NCBI GenBank assembly: GCA_005880875.1 | Contig: VBJI01000083.1 | Span: forward strand, 1 to 48,452 | Length of the DNA: 48,452 nt | Origin: Chloroflexota bacterium | GTDB lineage: Bacteria > Chloroflexota > Dormibacteria > CF-121 | Reading direction: 5' to 3' | Part shown: in pieces, positions 1-14,882 of the stretch | How the letters are laid out: every line of letters starts with the position of its first letter | Numbering within the stretch: the first letter of the stretch is position 1 | Program-made: the position numbers and the translations under genes | Notes under the pieces: model-generated | What the model was told of the DNA's origin: nothing | What the model saw: the letters and a program-made list of their open reading frames with translations, nothing else | Databases searched by the model: none

Positions 1-1
1 C

Positions 2-184
2 AACTTCCCGCTACCGCCGTCCGCCCAGACGGCCGGGATCAAGCGGGTGGTCTACGATGCCGCGACCGTCAACCAGCGCAGCATCCATGCGGTGCTCGTC
101 GACGTGGTCAACCCACGGATCTCGACGCACCATGACCCGGACAAGCTGGCCCGCGCCATCATGAAAAAGATCTGGCACTCCTGA
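2..184 (+). CDS. 3' end of a YvcK/GlmR-family protein (partial, runs off the left edge)
   Basis: Frame 2 is open from the window start to TGA at 182-184. It ends ...VLVDVVNPRISTHHDPDKLARAIMKKIWHS; HDPxKLA is typical of the YvcK C-terminus. Not in the ORF track. Confidence 0.65.
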   Translation, partial: NFPLPPSAQTAGIKRVVYDAATVNQRSIHAVLVDVVNPRISTHHDPDKLARAIMKKIWHS

Positions 185-1070
185 GCCGCACCCAGCCCCC
201 GGTAAAGGCATCTTCACCGAAGAACGCGGCCAGCGTGAAGATCGCGCCGCCGATGATGTCGACGACATAGTGCTCGCCAAGGTAGACGATGCTCAGCCAG
301 ACGCACGCCGTGTAGACCAGCGTCGGCCAGGCGCGCCGCCCCCACAACCGTAGGGCGAAGAGCGTACCCAGCAGGGGGAAGGCGGCGTGCAGCGATGGCA
401 TCGCGGCGTACTGGTTCGGGGTCAGCCAGTGGTAGATGGTGGCCGGAATGGGGACGCCCGGAAGATCGGTGAAGCTGGGCAGGGTGTGGTCGATGATCTT
501 CGCGACGCCGGGAACGGCCTTCCAGGGCGGGGCCACCGGCAGCAGGAGATAAAACACGAAGGCGGCGAAGGACATCGCGATGAGCGCCCGGGAGAACCGT
601 AAGAATGTCCGCCGATCGACGATCCAGAACAAATATCCGAGCCCGAGCGGGAAGGCGAAGTGCAGGAAGTAGAACATGGTGGCCGCGATGTCGTACCAGC
701 TCACCTGACCGGCATGGTAAAAGCCCTGCTGCAATTCCAGGCTAGACACCGTTCCGAAGCTGATCCATCGCTCGAGGCCGGTCACGTCGTGGATGGGCAT
801 CCCGAATTTGCCGCCCAGGCCACGCAGATACTCGTAGGAGAGAAACAAGACCAGGAATGGGATCCAATCCGCGAGGAACAGGCGGGCCCGCCCCAGCACC
901 AGGGCGGCGATCAGCATCAGGATCAGCAGGCGTTCGGGTGAGACGGAGAGGTGGAGGACGAACACCATGAAGAGAGTGACCACGCCCAGGTAGCCAGCCA
1001 CGAGCGAGGGGAGGAGCCAGGCCCGCCGGCGGCGGACGGAGGGCCGCGCGGAGGCGTCAGCCGGCTGCAC
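159..1070 (-). CDS. PAP2-superfamily membrane phosphatase/phosphotransferase (AUR1/PAP2_3-like)
   Basis: Multiple TM helices; motifs PVAPPW, AAMPSLH and GEHYVVD. Confidence 0.85.
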   Translation of the reverse strand: MQPADASARPSVRRRRAWLLPSLVAGYLGVVTLFMVFVLHLSVSPERLLILMLIAALVLGRARLFLADWIPFLVLFLSYEYLRGLGGKFGMPIHDVTGLERWISFGTVSSLELQQGFYHAGQVSWYDIAATMFYFLHFAFPLGLGYLFWIVDRRTFLRFSRALIAMSFAAFVFYLLLPVAPPWKAVPGVAKIIDHTLPSFTDLPGVPIPATIYHWLTPNQYAAMPSLHAAFPLLGTLFALRLWGRRAWPTLVYTACVWLSIVYLGEHYVVDIIGGAIFTLAAFFGEDAFTGGWVRLRSARSFS

Positions 1071-1076
1071 CGAACG

Positions 1077-1112
1077 AGCTTAATTAAAGGCGGCTGAGAA
1101 GCTGTCCGGAAG
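1077..1112 (-). promoter_or_regulatory. Putative leaderless promoter of the PAP2 gene, with weak 11-bp-period repeats (possible OmpR-family site)
   Basis: TAAGCT (1082-1077) lies 6 nt before the GTG at 1070. Upstream on the minus strand: ttccgga-N4-ttctcag-N4-ctttaat. The divergent gene is an OmpR-family regulator. Confidence 0.35.
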
Positions 1113-1151
1113 ATGGGATTTGGCGAAAACCGCCGTTATATTGAGGCCAAA

Positions 1152-1856
1152 ATGGCGGAGCCCGCCCCGGACGCCACGTCCGCCGCCCGCAGCCCGCGGG
1201 TCCTCGTCGTCGACGACGAGCGCAGCATTGTCGACTTTATTCGGCTGGGGCTGCAGTACGAGGGCTTCCAGGTGCAAACGGCCCCCGACGGACAGGCGGC
1301 GCTGCGGCTGATCAGCGAATTCAAGCCGCACGTGGTGGTGCTCGACATCATGATGCCGAAACTCGACGGGCTGGCGGTGACCGAGGCGATCCGCGGCAAC
1401 AAAGACACCGGCGTCATCATCCTGTCCGCCCGTGACGAGGTGCAGGACCGGATCAAGGGGCTGGAGGTTGGGGCGGATGACTACCTGGTCAAACCCTTCG
1501 ACTTCGGCGAGCTGCTGGCTCGAATCCGAGCGGTCATGCGCCGCCGGAATCCGAACGCCGGACCGCAGCTACAGGTGCAGGACGTGACGATGGACGAAGC
1601 CACCCGCGAAGTTCGGCGCGACGGCCGCGCGATTGAGCTTTCCGCTCGGGAGTTCGACCTTCTGCGACTGCTGCTGATGCACCCCAACCAGGTGCTGCCC
1701 CGCGACCGCATCCTCGACCAGGTCTGGGGTTATAACTTCTTCGGCGACGCCAACAACGTCGAGGTCTATATCCGGTATCTCCGCCAGAAGCTTGGCGACG
1801 AAAAGCACGCGCTGATCCAGACGGTGCGGGGAGTCGGATACCGGATCAAAGCATGA
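1152..1856 (+). CDS. OmpR/PhoB-family response regulator (MprA-like)
   Basis: Receiver motifs VLVVDD, LDIMMP and GADDYLVKPF; winged-helix C-terminus VEVYIRYLRQK...TVRGVGY. ATG 1152 is preferred over 1113 because TATATT lies at 1137-1142. Confidence 0.93.
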   Translation: MAEPAPDATSAARSPRVLVVDDERSIVDFIRLGLQYEGFQVQTAPDGQAALRLISEFKPHVVVLDIMMPKLDGLAVTEAIRGNKDTGVIILSARDEVQDRIKGLEVGADDYLVKPFDFGELLARIRAVMRRRNPNAGPQLQVQDVTMDEATREVRRDGRAIELSAREFDLLRLLLMHPNQVLPRDRILDQVWGYNFFGDANNVEVYIRYLRQKLGDEKHALIQTVRGVGYRIKA

Positions 1857-1875
1857 CCCGGGCGTCGCGCGGCTC

Positions 1876-3327
1876 GTGATGTCGCGTTTCCGCTCGCTCC
1901 GCTGGCGGCTCACGTTTCTCTATCTCGGACTCCTGTCTGTTCTTCTGCTGGCCGGCGGGGTGGCGCAGTATTTCGCCGCCCGCGAGGTGCTCTTCCGCAC
2001 CAACGCCGATGCGCTGAGCAGCGAGTACGCCGCCGATCTTCTGGCGTTCCGACGGCAGATCGGCACCACCGCGCGGCCAGCCGCGGCACTTCGGGCCCTG
2101 ATGCTCTCGAAACAATTCGCCACGGAGCTGGCCTCGGGCCATACCTCGGCGGCCATCTTCGATGCGAACGGCGGACAGTGGCAAGCCGTATCTGCCGGGA
2201 TCACCCCGAATCAGCCGCCTCCGACCCTGACCACGACGGATTACCTGACTGCGATCCGCACCAAACCGAAGGCTTACTACCTGGCCACCGCGGCCGATGG
2301 CTCCACGCATCTGGCCGTCCTCAACGTGATTCGCGTGGGGACCAAGCCTGTCGGGGTCGTGCAATTGTCGATCCCCACCGCCGTCATCGACCAGACATTG
2401 CAGGCGGACCGCCAGCTGGCGATCGTCGGCTCGCTCCTGGTGCTGCTGGTGGCTCTGCTGCTCAGCCCGCTGATCATCGGTCGCGGACTGCGACCGCTGG
2501 AGCAGATGTCGACCAGCGCTGGTGCGCTGGCAGCGGGCGACTATAAGCAGCGAGTCAGCGTGCCGAAAACCCAGGACGAAATCGGGAAACTCGCCGCCGC
2601 CTTCAACCAGATGGCGGCCGGGATCGATCAGGCGTTTGAGGTCCGCCGCCAGGCCGAGGCCGAGATGCGCCACTTCGTGGCGGACGCCTCCCACGAGCTG
2701 CGCACACCGCTAACCTCGATCGCCGGCTACATCGACGTGCTCGGCCGGCGGCAGAGCGTCGACGCGGAGACCCTGCAGGCGTCGCTGGCGGCGATGCAGC
2801 AGGAGAGCGCCCGGATGACGCGCCTGGTCAACGACCTGCTCACCCTCACCCGCTTCGAGTCGGGCAGGGCGACCCAGCGCCTGCGAGTGCCACTCGATCG
2901 ATTCATCAACCAGGCGCTCGACGAGCTCAGCCTCGCCGAGAAAGGCGCAACGGAATCCCGCGACATTCAGCCCGGCATCGCGGTGAATGCCGATCCCGAG
3001 GCCCTCAAGCAGGTCGTCACCAACCTGGCCCAGAACGCATTGAAGTATGCCCCGGGCGCTCCGCAGCGCTGGACCGTGTTCGCCGCGGACGGCCGCGCGG
3101 CCATCCGGGTCCAGGACGGCGGCCCGGGTATCTCGCGCCAGGATCTGCCGCACATCTTCGAACGCTTCTACCGGGGGGAGAAAGCACGCGACCGATCCAC
3201 CGGTGGGTCGGGGCTCGGTCTCGCCATCGCGAAGTCGATCGTCGAGGCGCACCACGGCAGCATCGAGGCCGAGAGCGAGCCCGGCAGCGGGGCTACCTTC
3301 ACCGCCTGGCTCCCGCTGGCCGCATAG
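1876..3327 (+). CDS. HAMP-domain sensor histidine kinase
   Basis: Two TM helices, HAMP domain, H-box ADASHELRTPL, N-box NALKY, G-boxes DGGPGI and GSGLGLAI. Confidence 0.93.
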   Translation: MMSRFRSLRWRLTFLYLGLLSVLLLAGGVAQYFAAREVLFRTNADALSSEYAADLLAFRRQIGTTARPAAALRALMLSKQFATELASGHTSAAIFDANGGQWQAVSAGITPNQPPPTLTTTDYLTAIRTKPKAYYLATAADGSTHLAVLNVIRVGTKPVGVVQLSIPTAVIDQTLQADRQLAIVGSLLVLLVALLLSPLIIGRGLRPLEQMSTSAGALAAGDYKQRVSVPKTQDEIGKLAAAFNQMAAGIDQAFEVRRQAEAEMRHFVADASHELRTPLTSIAGYIDVLGRRQSVDAETLQASLAAMQQESARMTRLVNDLLTLTRFESGRATQRLRVPLDRFINQALDELSLAEKGATESRDIQPGIAVNADPEALKQVVTNLAQNALKYAPGAPQRWTVFAADGRAAIRVQDGGPGISRQDLPHIFERFYRGEKARDRSTGGSGLGLAIAKSIVEAHHGSIEAESEPGSGATFTAWLPLAA

Positions 3328-3329
3328 GC

Positions 3330-3794
3330 TCAGCGCTTCAGGCGGACGATCGCCGAGATTTCGACCGGCGCGCCGAGCGGAAGTTCGCTGGTGCCCAGCG
3401 CCTGGCGGGTATGGCGGCCGCGCTCGCCGAAGACCTTGTAGATCAGGTCCGATGCCCCATTGAGGACCTTGGGCTGTTCTTCGAACCCGGCTGCCGATCG
3501 CACGAATCCACTCAGCTGAATGAACTGTTCGACCTGGTCGAGCGAGCCGGCGTGCTGCCGGATCAGCGCCATGATGTTGAGGGCGCAGATCTCGGCGGCT
3601 CGGGCGGCGTCCTTGACGCTCACGTCGGCGCCGACCACGCCCTTGACCTTCAGCTCCCCATTCCAAAACGGAACGACGCCCGACGTGTAGAGCAGCTCGC
3701 CAACCTGCTGCACTGGCACGTAGGAAGCCAGGGGCTTGGGCGGCTCCGGAAGCTCGATGCCGAGTGTTCGCAGGGTTGCCTCAGCGGAATCCAT
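3330..3794 (-). CDS. RidA/YjgF-family protein
   Basis: LGIELPEPPKPLASYVP...NGASDL...GRHTRQALG...LPLGAPVEI pattern. Confidence 0.9.
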   Translation of the reverse strand: MDSAEATLRTLGIELPEPPKPLASYVPVQQVGELLYTSGVVPFWNGELKVKGVVGADVSVKDAARAAEICALNIMALIRQHAGSLDQVEQFIQLSGFVRSAAGFEEQPKVLNGASDLIYKVFGERGRHTRQALGTSELPLGAPVEISAIVRLKR

Positions 3795-3796
3795 GT

Positions 3797-3958
3797 TCAG
3801 GACTCGCCTCGAGCGGGTGGTAAGCAGGCGCGATCGACCTCCTGAGCCCGCGTCCGGCTGGCTGTAGCCCAGAGGGTACTGGCGACGGCCACGATGCGCC
3901 AGCCTGAAGCGGTGAAAAGATGGTTAACCACCCAGCCCGCTTCGTCACAGCGGGTCAC
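3797..3958 (-). CDS. Possible 53-aa small protein
   Basis: GTG overlaps the upstream stop (GTGA) and the ORF ends 2 nt before the RidA ATG, filling the gap. No recognisable motif. Confidence 0.25.
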   Translation of the reverse strand: MTRCDEAGWVVNHLFTASGWRIVAVASTLWATASRTRAQEVDRACLPPARGES

Positions 3959-5238
3959 GGACGGAAGGCGCGGCGGTTCTCACGTCCGATTCGGCGACGA
4001 CGAGCCAGGACCACGACAACGAGCGCCAGCAACACCGCCAGGGCGATGCCGTAGGTGCCGACGGCCGGGGAGCCGCCGGATCGGCGCACCGGGGCAGGGC
4101 CCGCGAGGCTTGGAGCCGGGGTCCCCGAAGCCCGGATGGTACCCGACGGCCCGGCGGTCGGGGTGACGCCGGCCACGGTGGCCGCCGGGTCCGCGATCCG
4201 GTAGGCGCCGGCGGAGTCATCGGTCGGGTTCCAGGTCGCCGCCACGACCTGTGCCTGGTTGAGCGGCTGGAGCGCCATGGCGGTGATCCGAGGCTTGACC
4301 GGCAGGCCAGCCCCAAGGCTCGTCCAGCTGGCGCCCCGGTCCAATGAGCGAAAGACGCCGCCGTTGCCCTGGTCCCCATCGCTGCCGATGTAGATCTGGT
4401 CTGGGTTCGCGGGATTGAAGAGCGCGATATTGAAGTCCGTCGTCGGCAGGCCGCTCAGCGGCGCCCAGGTAACACCGCGGTCATCGGTGCGGAACAGACC
4501 CTGCGAGGTGCCGGCGAGCACCGGGGGATCGGAGCCGCCCGACGGTGCCCCGGCGACCGCCAGCGACGCGACGACGGCGTCGCCAGGAAAGCTGCCCTTT
4601 ACCACTGCCCAACTTCCGCCCGTTCCCTCGCTCTTCAACAGGTACCCGGCGCCGGCCGAGCCGTTGTCGGCGCCGGCGAAAAGGCTCACGCCGGCGGCCT
4701 GCGGCAGGATGGCCACGGCAGCGATGCTGAGAGAATCGAGGCCGAGCGCGTGCCAGCTGCCGGCGCCGTCGTCGGAGTAGGAGACGCCCTGCGCCGTTCC
4801 CACGAGCAGCAGGCCGCTCGACAGATCGATGGCACGCACGTCGAGGTTGTTCAGCCCATGGTTCTGTTGGGCCCAGGTCTTTCCTTCGTCGACTGATTTG
4901 TAGAGCCCGGCGGTCTGGGTGCCGGCATAGACCGTCGATGGCTGCTTCGGATCGAAGCGCACCACCCAGGCCGCGTTGACATCCGGGATGGCCGAGACCC
5001 AGGTGGCCCCGGAATCGGTGCTGCGAAGCACGCCCCGGCCCTGGGTTGCCGCCAGCAAGACGCTCGGATGCGTTGACGAAACGGCGATCGACCAGACGGG
5101 GCGATCCGCGCTACCCGGCTTTTGGGCGCCGGTCGATGTCCAACGGGCGTCCGCCGCAGCAACGGTCGCGAGCGTGAGGAGCAACCCGGCGGCCAGCGTG
5201 ATGAGCGTGAACAGGACGATGTGGCGCGGAAGTCTCAC
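3955..5238 (-). CDS. Secreted Asp-box (BNR) beta-propeller protein with C-terminal membrane anchor
   Basis: Signal peptide; repeats STDSGATW, SVDEGKTW, SDDGAGSW, TDDRGVTW, SLDRGASW; Pro/Thr linker, TM helix and Arg-rich tail. GTG 5238 chosen as start. Confidence 0.8.
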   Translation of the reverse strand: MRLPRHIVLFTLITLAAGLLLTLATVAAADARWTSTGAQKPGSADRPVWSIAVSSTHPSVLLAATQGRGVLRSTDSGATWVSAIPDVNAAWVVRFDPKQPSTVYAGTQTAGLYKSVDEGKTWAQQNHGLNNLDVRAIDLSSGLLLVGTAQGVSYSDDGAGSWHALGLDSLSIAAVAILPQAAGVSLFAGADNGSAGAGYLLKSEGTGGSWAVVKGSFPGDAVVASLAVAGAPSGGSDPPVLAGTSQGLFRTDDRGVTWAPLSGLPTTDFNIALFNPANPDQIYIGSDGDQGNGGVFRSLDRGASWTSLGAGLPVKPRITAMALQPLNQAQVVAATWNPTDDSAGAYRIADPAATVAGVTPTAGPSGTIRASGTPAPSLAGPAPVRRSGGSPAVGTYGIALAVLLALVVVVLARRRRIGRENRRAFRP

Positions 5239-5336
5239 GTGGGTGCCCGGAAAAACGGAGTAAGGATAGCAGACGATCCGGCTGAACCGACACATGGTTT
5301 GGACGCAGCGTCCAGCGCAGGGGCCTGATTCGCCAG

Positions 5337-10647
<5,311 letters not shown>

Positions 10648-10651
<4 letters not shown>

Positions 10652-10950
10652 GCGGACGTGACCATCAGCGGGATGCGCGCTCTGACATCCCGATGCAGCT
10701 TCACGTGGGCGGTGCCCGGCCCCATCGCCTTGACCGGCTCGTCGAACTCGATCTTGCGGCGGTCGAGCGTGATGCCGTGCTGTTGCTTGAGCGCCGACGC
10801 CACGTCGGCGTTGGTCACGGCGCCGAACAGCTTGCCATCCTTGCCGCTCCGAAGTTTCAGCACCACCTGCGCGGCTTCGAGCCGGACGGCGAGCGCCTTG
10901 GCGTCATCCACCTCGCGCTGCTCGACGTCCTCGATGAGCACAACTTTCAT
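10648..10950 (-). CDS. rplI: 50S ribosomal protein L9 with most of the N-terminal domain missing (100 aa)
   Basis: MKVVLIEDV joins directly to the linker/C-domain (GKDGKLFGAVT...LDRRKI...VKLH). Canonical position upstream of dnaB; the GYARN motif is absent. Confidence 0.88.
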
Positions 10951-11345
10951 GCCGACCTCCCTCTCGCCCGCGTGACCGCCAGCCCCCGCTGGCGCAGCTC
11001 GCCAAGTCGAGACCGCAGCCCCTCGCGCCCGTTGCGCAAATCCTGGTCGAACACGCTGGTTCCCAGCGCGATCCGTTCCTGATGCTCCGCAACGACATCC
11101 TTCGGCGCCTTCTCGACGAACATCCGGACGGCCAGTACGGTCAGGGCGACGGCATCCATCTCGCCGAAGATCGGCAGCCGGAGCGGCACGTCGACCACCG
11201 GGTTGAGGATCAGCGCCATCGCGGCGGCGAGCGCCACTTTGTTGCGTTGCGGGACGCGCGGATCTCGATAGAGACAGTAGGTGAGCTTTCCATATCGAGG
11301 CAGCTCTCGAGCGATCCGCCGGAGCAGCCGAAGACTGAGCAGCAT
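10947..11345 (-). CDS. YkvA/DUF1232-family membrane protein
   Basis: DPRVP..K..LAA....LNPVVDVP...PIFGEMD matches the DUF1232 pattern. Confidence 0.75.
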   Translation of the reverse strand: MLLSLRLLRRIARELPRYGKLTYCLYRDPRVPQRNKVALAAAMALILNPVVDVPLRLPIFGEMDAVALTVLAVRMFVEKAPKDVVAEHQERIALGTSVFDQDLRNGREGLRSRLGELRQRGLAVTRARGRSA

Positions 11346-11409
11346 GCTTCCTCTATATCCCCGCGAGTCCAGCGCATCGAGTCGGTTCCGCTGCGCTTAG
11401 GCGTCGCAG

Positions 11410-11496
11410 ATTTTACCAGAGCACAAGCCTACGCAACCGTTGTGACAGCTGTCTGTCGCAAGTCGTCCACCACTTGCACCGAGGGCCTGTGGATAG
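11410..11496 (-). promoter_or_regulatory. Putative promoter of the DUF1232-rplI-dnaB-purA operon, with an inverted repeat and a DnaA-box-like 9-mer
   Basis: Extended -10 TGgTAAAAT at 11418-11410; inverted repeat TTGTGACAG-N4-CTGTCGCAA at 11440-11461; TGTGGATAG at 11488-11496 (1 mismatch to the DnaA box). Confidence 0.45.
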
Positions 11497-11522
11497 GCAC
11501 TGGAAAACCTCCCTGACAGGCC

Positions 11523-12515
11523 TCAACGGAGGATGACGACGACGAAAATCAGGTAGCCGGCGATCAGCACGAGGCCGCTCCAGCGATTCAGTCCTCGCCC
11601 CGCGTAGCCGAGTCCGATCGCGACCGCGGTTAGCGCCGTGAGCCAGGCGATATCGGCCATCGCGCCTGGCGCCGACGCCAGCCCACCGATCAACACGGCT
11701 GGCAGACTGACGCCGGCCAGCAGGTTGAGCGTGTTGCTGTTGAAGGCGAGACTCACCACGGCCGTCCCGTTCCCCGACAGCGCCATGCGGGTGGCGGCGT
11801 AGGCATTCGGCAGGCTCGTGATCGCCGCCAGCGCCACTGCCCCGAGAAACACTCGCGAGAGATGCCAGTGATCGCCCAGCACCAGCGCGCCGTTCACCAT
11901 GGCGATGCTCCCCGCCACGATCGCCGCGATCGACGGGACGATCCACCAGACCGGGCCCCACAAGTCCTGCAAGCGCTCGCTGCGTTTGAGCTCACCGTGA
12001 ATGACGCGGGCCGCGGCCGCCAGCCGGTGTCGCATCGTCCGCGGCAGGAAAAGGTGCTCGACTCGATGCGGTTCGGCCGCGAGCAGGAACACATAGAAAA
12101 GGAAGACGCCGAGGAGCAAAACCAGCGCAGCCAGGGGCGCCAGCCGCACTAGCAGAAGCAGGCCAATCACCAGGGTCGCCCAGAACGCGACGCTTCCGTC
12201 CAACACCAACAGAATCCGGCGAAAAGAAACGCGGCCAGCGACGACCGCACTGAGTCCGAGCAACGCCGCGAGATTGAACAGATTCGAGCCCAGGATCACG
12301 CCGAGGCCGACGTCTTTCGCACCCGAGGCCAGGGCGGTGATCGCCGAGGAGATCTCCGGCGCGTCGGCACCCAGCGCCGTCAGGAGGCCGACGAGACCGG
12401 CGGCCAAACCCACATTGGTCCCCAGCCGGCCGAAGCCACGGACCAGCAGCTCGCTGGCGCCCAGGCTGAGGGCCAGCCCGATCGCGAAGACGACCAATGC
12501 CAGGCCGGTCGACAC
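11523..12515 (-). CDS. Ca2+/cation antiporter (CaCA, YrbG-like)
   Basis: About 10 TM helices in two repeats; alpha repeats GADAPE...GSNLFN and TSLPN...NSNTLN. Confidence 0.85.
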   Translation of the reverse strand: MSTGLALVVFAIGLALSLGASELLVRGFGRLGTNVGLAAGLVGLLTALGADAPEISSAITALASGAKDVGLGVILGSNLFNLAALLGLSAVVAGRVSFRRILLVLDGSVAFWATLVIGLLLLVRLAPLAALVLLLGVFLFYVFLLAAEPHRVEHLFLPRTMRHRLAAAARVIHGELKRSERLQDLWGPVWWIVPSIAAIVAGSIAMVNGALVLGDHWHLSRVFLGAVALAAITSLPNAYAATRMALSGNGTAVVSLAFNSNTLNLLAGVSLPAVLIGGLASAPGAMADIAWLTALTAVAIGLGYAGRGLNRWSGLVLIAGYLIFVVVILR

Positions 12516-13939
12516 TAGCCTTCGAGCAGCTCCGGATGCGCCTCAAGGTAACGCCAGGCGGCTTCGGCATCGGGTTGGAGGACTCCGTCGACGATCGCGT
12601 CTTCGAGTGCCGATTTGACCCGTCTGATCCATGGTCCGGCGGGACGCCTGGTACGGGCCATGAGGTCCTCGCCAGTGAGTGGTGAGCGGATAGCCGCAAT
12701 CGCCAGCGCATCCAGCCGGCGGATGCGCGATTCCAGGTCGTCGATCTTCTTGACGTCCGGGTAGTGGCTCGCGCGCATGTCGGCGCGCGCCAGGTCGAGC
12801 AGCCGGTTCAGCTGGTCGCCCGCATCGCGCACCAGCCGGCGGACCGCCTTGTCCTCCCAGGTTTCGGGGTCGTACTGGATCGGGCGCATATGCAGCCGAA
12901 CCAGCTTGGTGACCGCATCGATGCGCTCGCCTGGATAGCGGAGCTGCCGCAGCGCCGTGCCCGCCATCGTGGCCCCCTTTTCCTGGTGGCCGATGAAGGT
13001 CGGCTTTCCATCACGCAGCTCGTGCACCGCTGGTTTGCCCACGTCGTGGAACAGCCCGGCCAGCCGGGTGGTCAATTCCGGCGGCGTCAGCGAGGCGGTA
13101 CGCAGCGAGTGGCCGAAGACATCGTGGCTATGCCATCCTCCCTGCTGCATTCCCTTACCGGATTCGAGCTGGGGCACGATGCGGACCAGCAGCCCGGTCG
13201 CATCCAGCAGCTCGAGGCCACGCTGAACCTGCGAGGCGACCAGCAGCTTCGAAAATTCGTCGCGGATCCGCTCCATCGAGACGACAGGCGGCTGCAGCCG
13301 CGACGACTGGGCGCGAATCGCCTCTTCGACCGCGGGATCGAGCGAGAACTCCAGCGTGGTGGCAAAGCGCACGGCGCGTAGCATCCGCAAGGGATCTTCA
13401 TCGAAAGTTGTCTGCGGGTCGAGCGGCGTCATGATTCGGCGCGCCTTGAGGTCTTCGAGACCGCGGTCGGTGAGATCCAGCACCGTTCCGTCCCAGTCCA
13501 TTAGCAAGGTATTAACCGTGAAATCGCGGCGAAGGACGTCATCCTTCAAGCTGCCTGGGCTTACCTGTGGCTTCCTGCTGGTTGGTCCGTATTTCTCAGC
13601 CCGGCTTGAGACGAATTCGAGGGCATGGTCAGGATCAATGGCCAGATGAGCAGTTCCAAAGCGTTCGAAGATCACGGGTGGATTAGCCACGTGCAATGCT
13701 TGGCCCACCGCGGTGGCCAATTGCGCCGCGCCAGTGCCCTTCGACCAACGAGGAGGCAAGTCGACAACCACGAAGTCGACTTCGGGGATCCGCTTCGCGC
13801 GTTCGCCACCCAACAGCCGATCCCGCACATAGCCCCCGACCGCCACGGTTGGCAGGTTCAGCTTTTGGGCTTCCTCCCTAACAGCGGTGAAGGCGCTCTC
13901 CCATTCGGGAAGCGCCGGCGGATCAAGCCGAACGGGCAT
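12515..13939 (-). CDS. CCA tRNA nucleotidyltransferase/poly(A) polymerase-family protein with HD domain
   Basis: VGGYVRD, EVDF, RRDFTVN, EDPLRMLRAVRF, ERIRDE, FHDVGKP. ATG 13939 chosen as start. Confidence 0.92.
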   Translation of the reverse strand: MPVRLDPPALPEWESAFTAVREEAQKLNLPTVAVGGYVRDRLLGGERAKRIPEVDFVVVDLPPRWSKGTGAAQLATAVGQALHVANPPVIFERFGTAHLAIDPDHALEFVSSRAEKYGPTSRKPQVSPGSLKDDVLRRDFTVNTLLMDWDGTVLDLTDRGLEDLKARRIMTPLDPQTTFDEDPLRMLRAVRFATTLEFSLDPAVEEAIRAQSSRLQPPVVSMERIRDEFSKLLVASQVQRGLELLDATGLLVRIVPQLESGKGMQQGGWHSHDVFGHSLRTASLTPPELTTRLAGLFHDVGKPAVHELRDGKPTFIGHQEKGATMAGTALRQLRYPGERIDAVTKLVRLHMRPIQYDPETWEDKAVRRLVRDAGDQLNRLLDLARADMRASHYPDVKKIDDLESRIRRLDALAIAAIRSPLTGEDLMARTRRPAGPWIRRVKSALEDAIVDGVLQPDAEAAWRYLEAHPELLEG

Positions 13940-14882
13940 GCCGGGCGCGCAGCTGCGCAAATTCGACCGCCCCAATCAAGCCGGCGTCCCCGCCGAGCGC
14001 CGGGCGGACGATCCGCAGCCCTCGCCGCGCCGCCTTCCAGGAGGACGCCGCCATGGAACGCCGCATGGGCGCCAGCAGCTGGCGGCCGGCCTTCAGGACG
14101 CTTCCGCCCAGCACGATCAACTCCGGATTGAAGAGGTTGACGAGCGTCCCCATCGCAATTCCGAGGTAGCTGCCGGCCGACTCCAGGATGGTGGTCGCGA
14201 GCTCGTCTCCGGCGCGCGCGGCCCGCACCACATCCTCGGGACTCGGGTCCGAGAGACGGTGCAGGGCGCTGCCCGCGGAGTTCGGCGCGGCGATCCGGGC
14301 GGCATGGGCGATCCCCGTGCCACTGGCCACCGCTTCAACACACCCATGATTGCCGCAGCGGCACAACGGTCCGCCCGGCTGCACGACGATATGACCGATC
14401 TCCCCGGCAATCCCGTGCGCGCCAGCATAGAGCTCGCCCCGCAAGATGAGACCGGCGCCAATGCCGGTGGAAACCGTCACATAGATGAGCTCGCTGGCAC
14501 CGCGGGCCGCGCCGCGACGGTGCTCGCCAAGCGCTGCCAGATGCGCATCGTGGTGAAGGAAGCTGGGAATTCCGGTCGCTCGGGAGAGGATCCGGTTGAG
14601 CGGGACGTTGTGGAACCCCGGCAGGTTGGCCGGGCTGATCACGAGGCCGGCCGCCGGGTCGACCGGTCCGGGGAGACCGATACCGAGCGCGCGCACACCT
14701 CGAGCCGGAGTCCCGTCCAGGTCCAGCGCTTCAGCGACCGTCTCGGTGATCCGCTTGATGACGTGCCGGCGCCCGCGGGCGGCCTCGGTCGGATGTCGCA
14801 CCACCGTGCGCAGCTTGCCGCGTGCGTCAGCGACCGCCACTCGCAACTGCGTGCCGCCGAGATCGATCCCGACGAAGGCCAT
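13923..14882 (-). CDS. ROK-family sugar kinase (glucokinase-like)
   Basis: GIDLGGT, STGIGAG, GEIGH, CRCGNHGCVE. Confidence 0.92.
   Translation of the reverse strand: MAFVGIDLGGTQLRVAVADARGKLRTVVRHPTEAARGRRHVIKRITETVAEALDLDGTPARGVRALGIGLPGPVDPAAGLVISPANLPGFHNVPLNRILSRATGIPSFLHHDAHLAALGEHRRGAARGASELIYVTVSTGIGAGLILRGELYAGAHGIAGEIGHIVVQPGGPLCRCGNHGCVEAVASGTGIAHAARIAAPNSAGSALHRLSDPSPEDVVRAARAGDELATTILESAGSYLGIAMGTLVNLFNPELIVLGGSVLKAGRQLLAPMRRSMAASSWKAARRGLRIVRPALGGDAGLIGAVEFAQLRARHARSA

Noticed and set aside
11345-11523. Replication origin near dnaB
   Set aside because: Only one near-consensus DnaA box and no AT-rich unwinding element.
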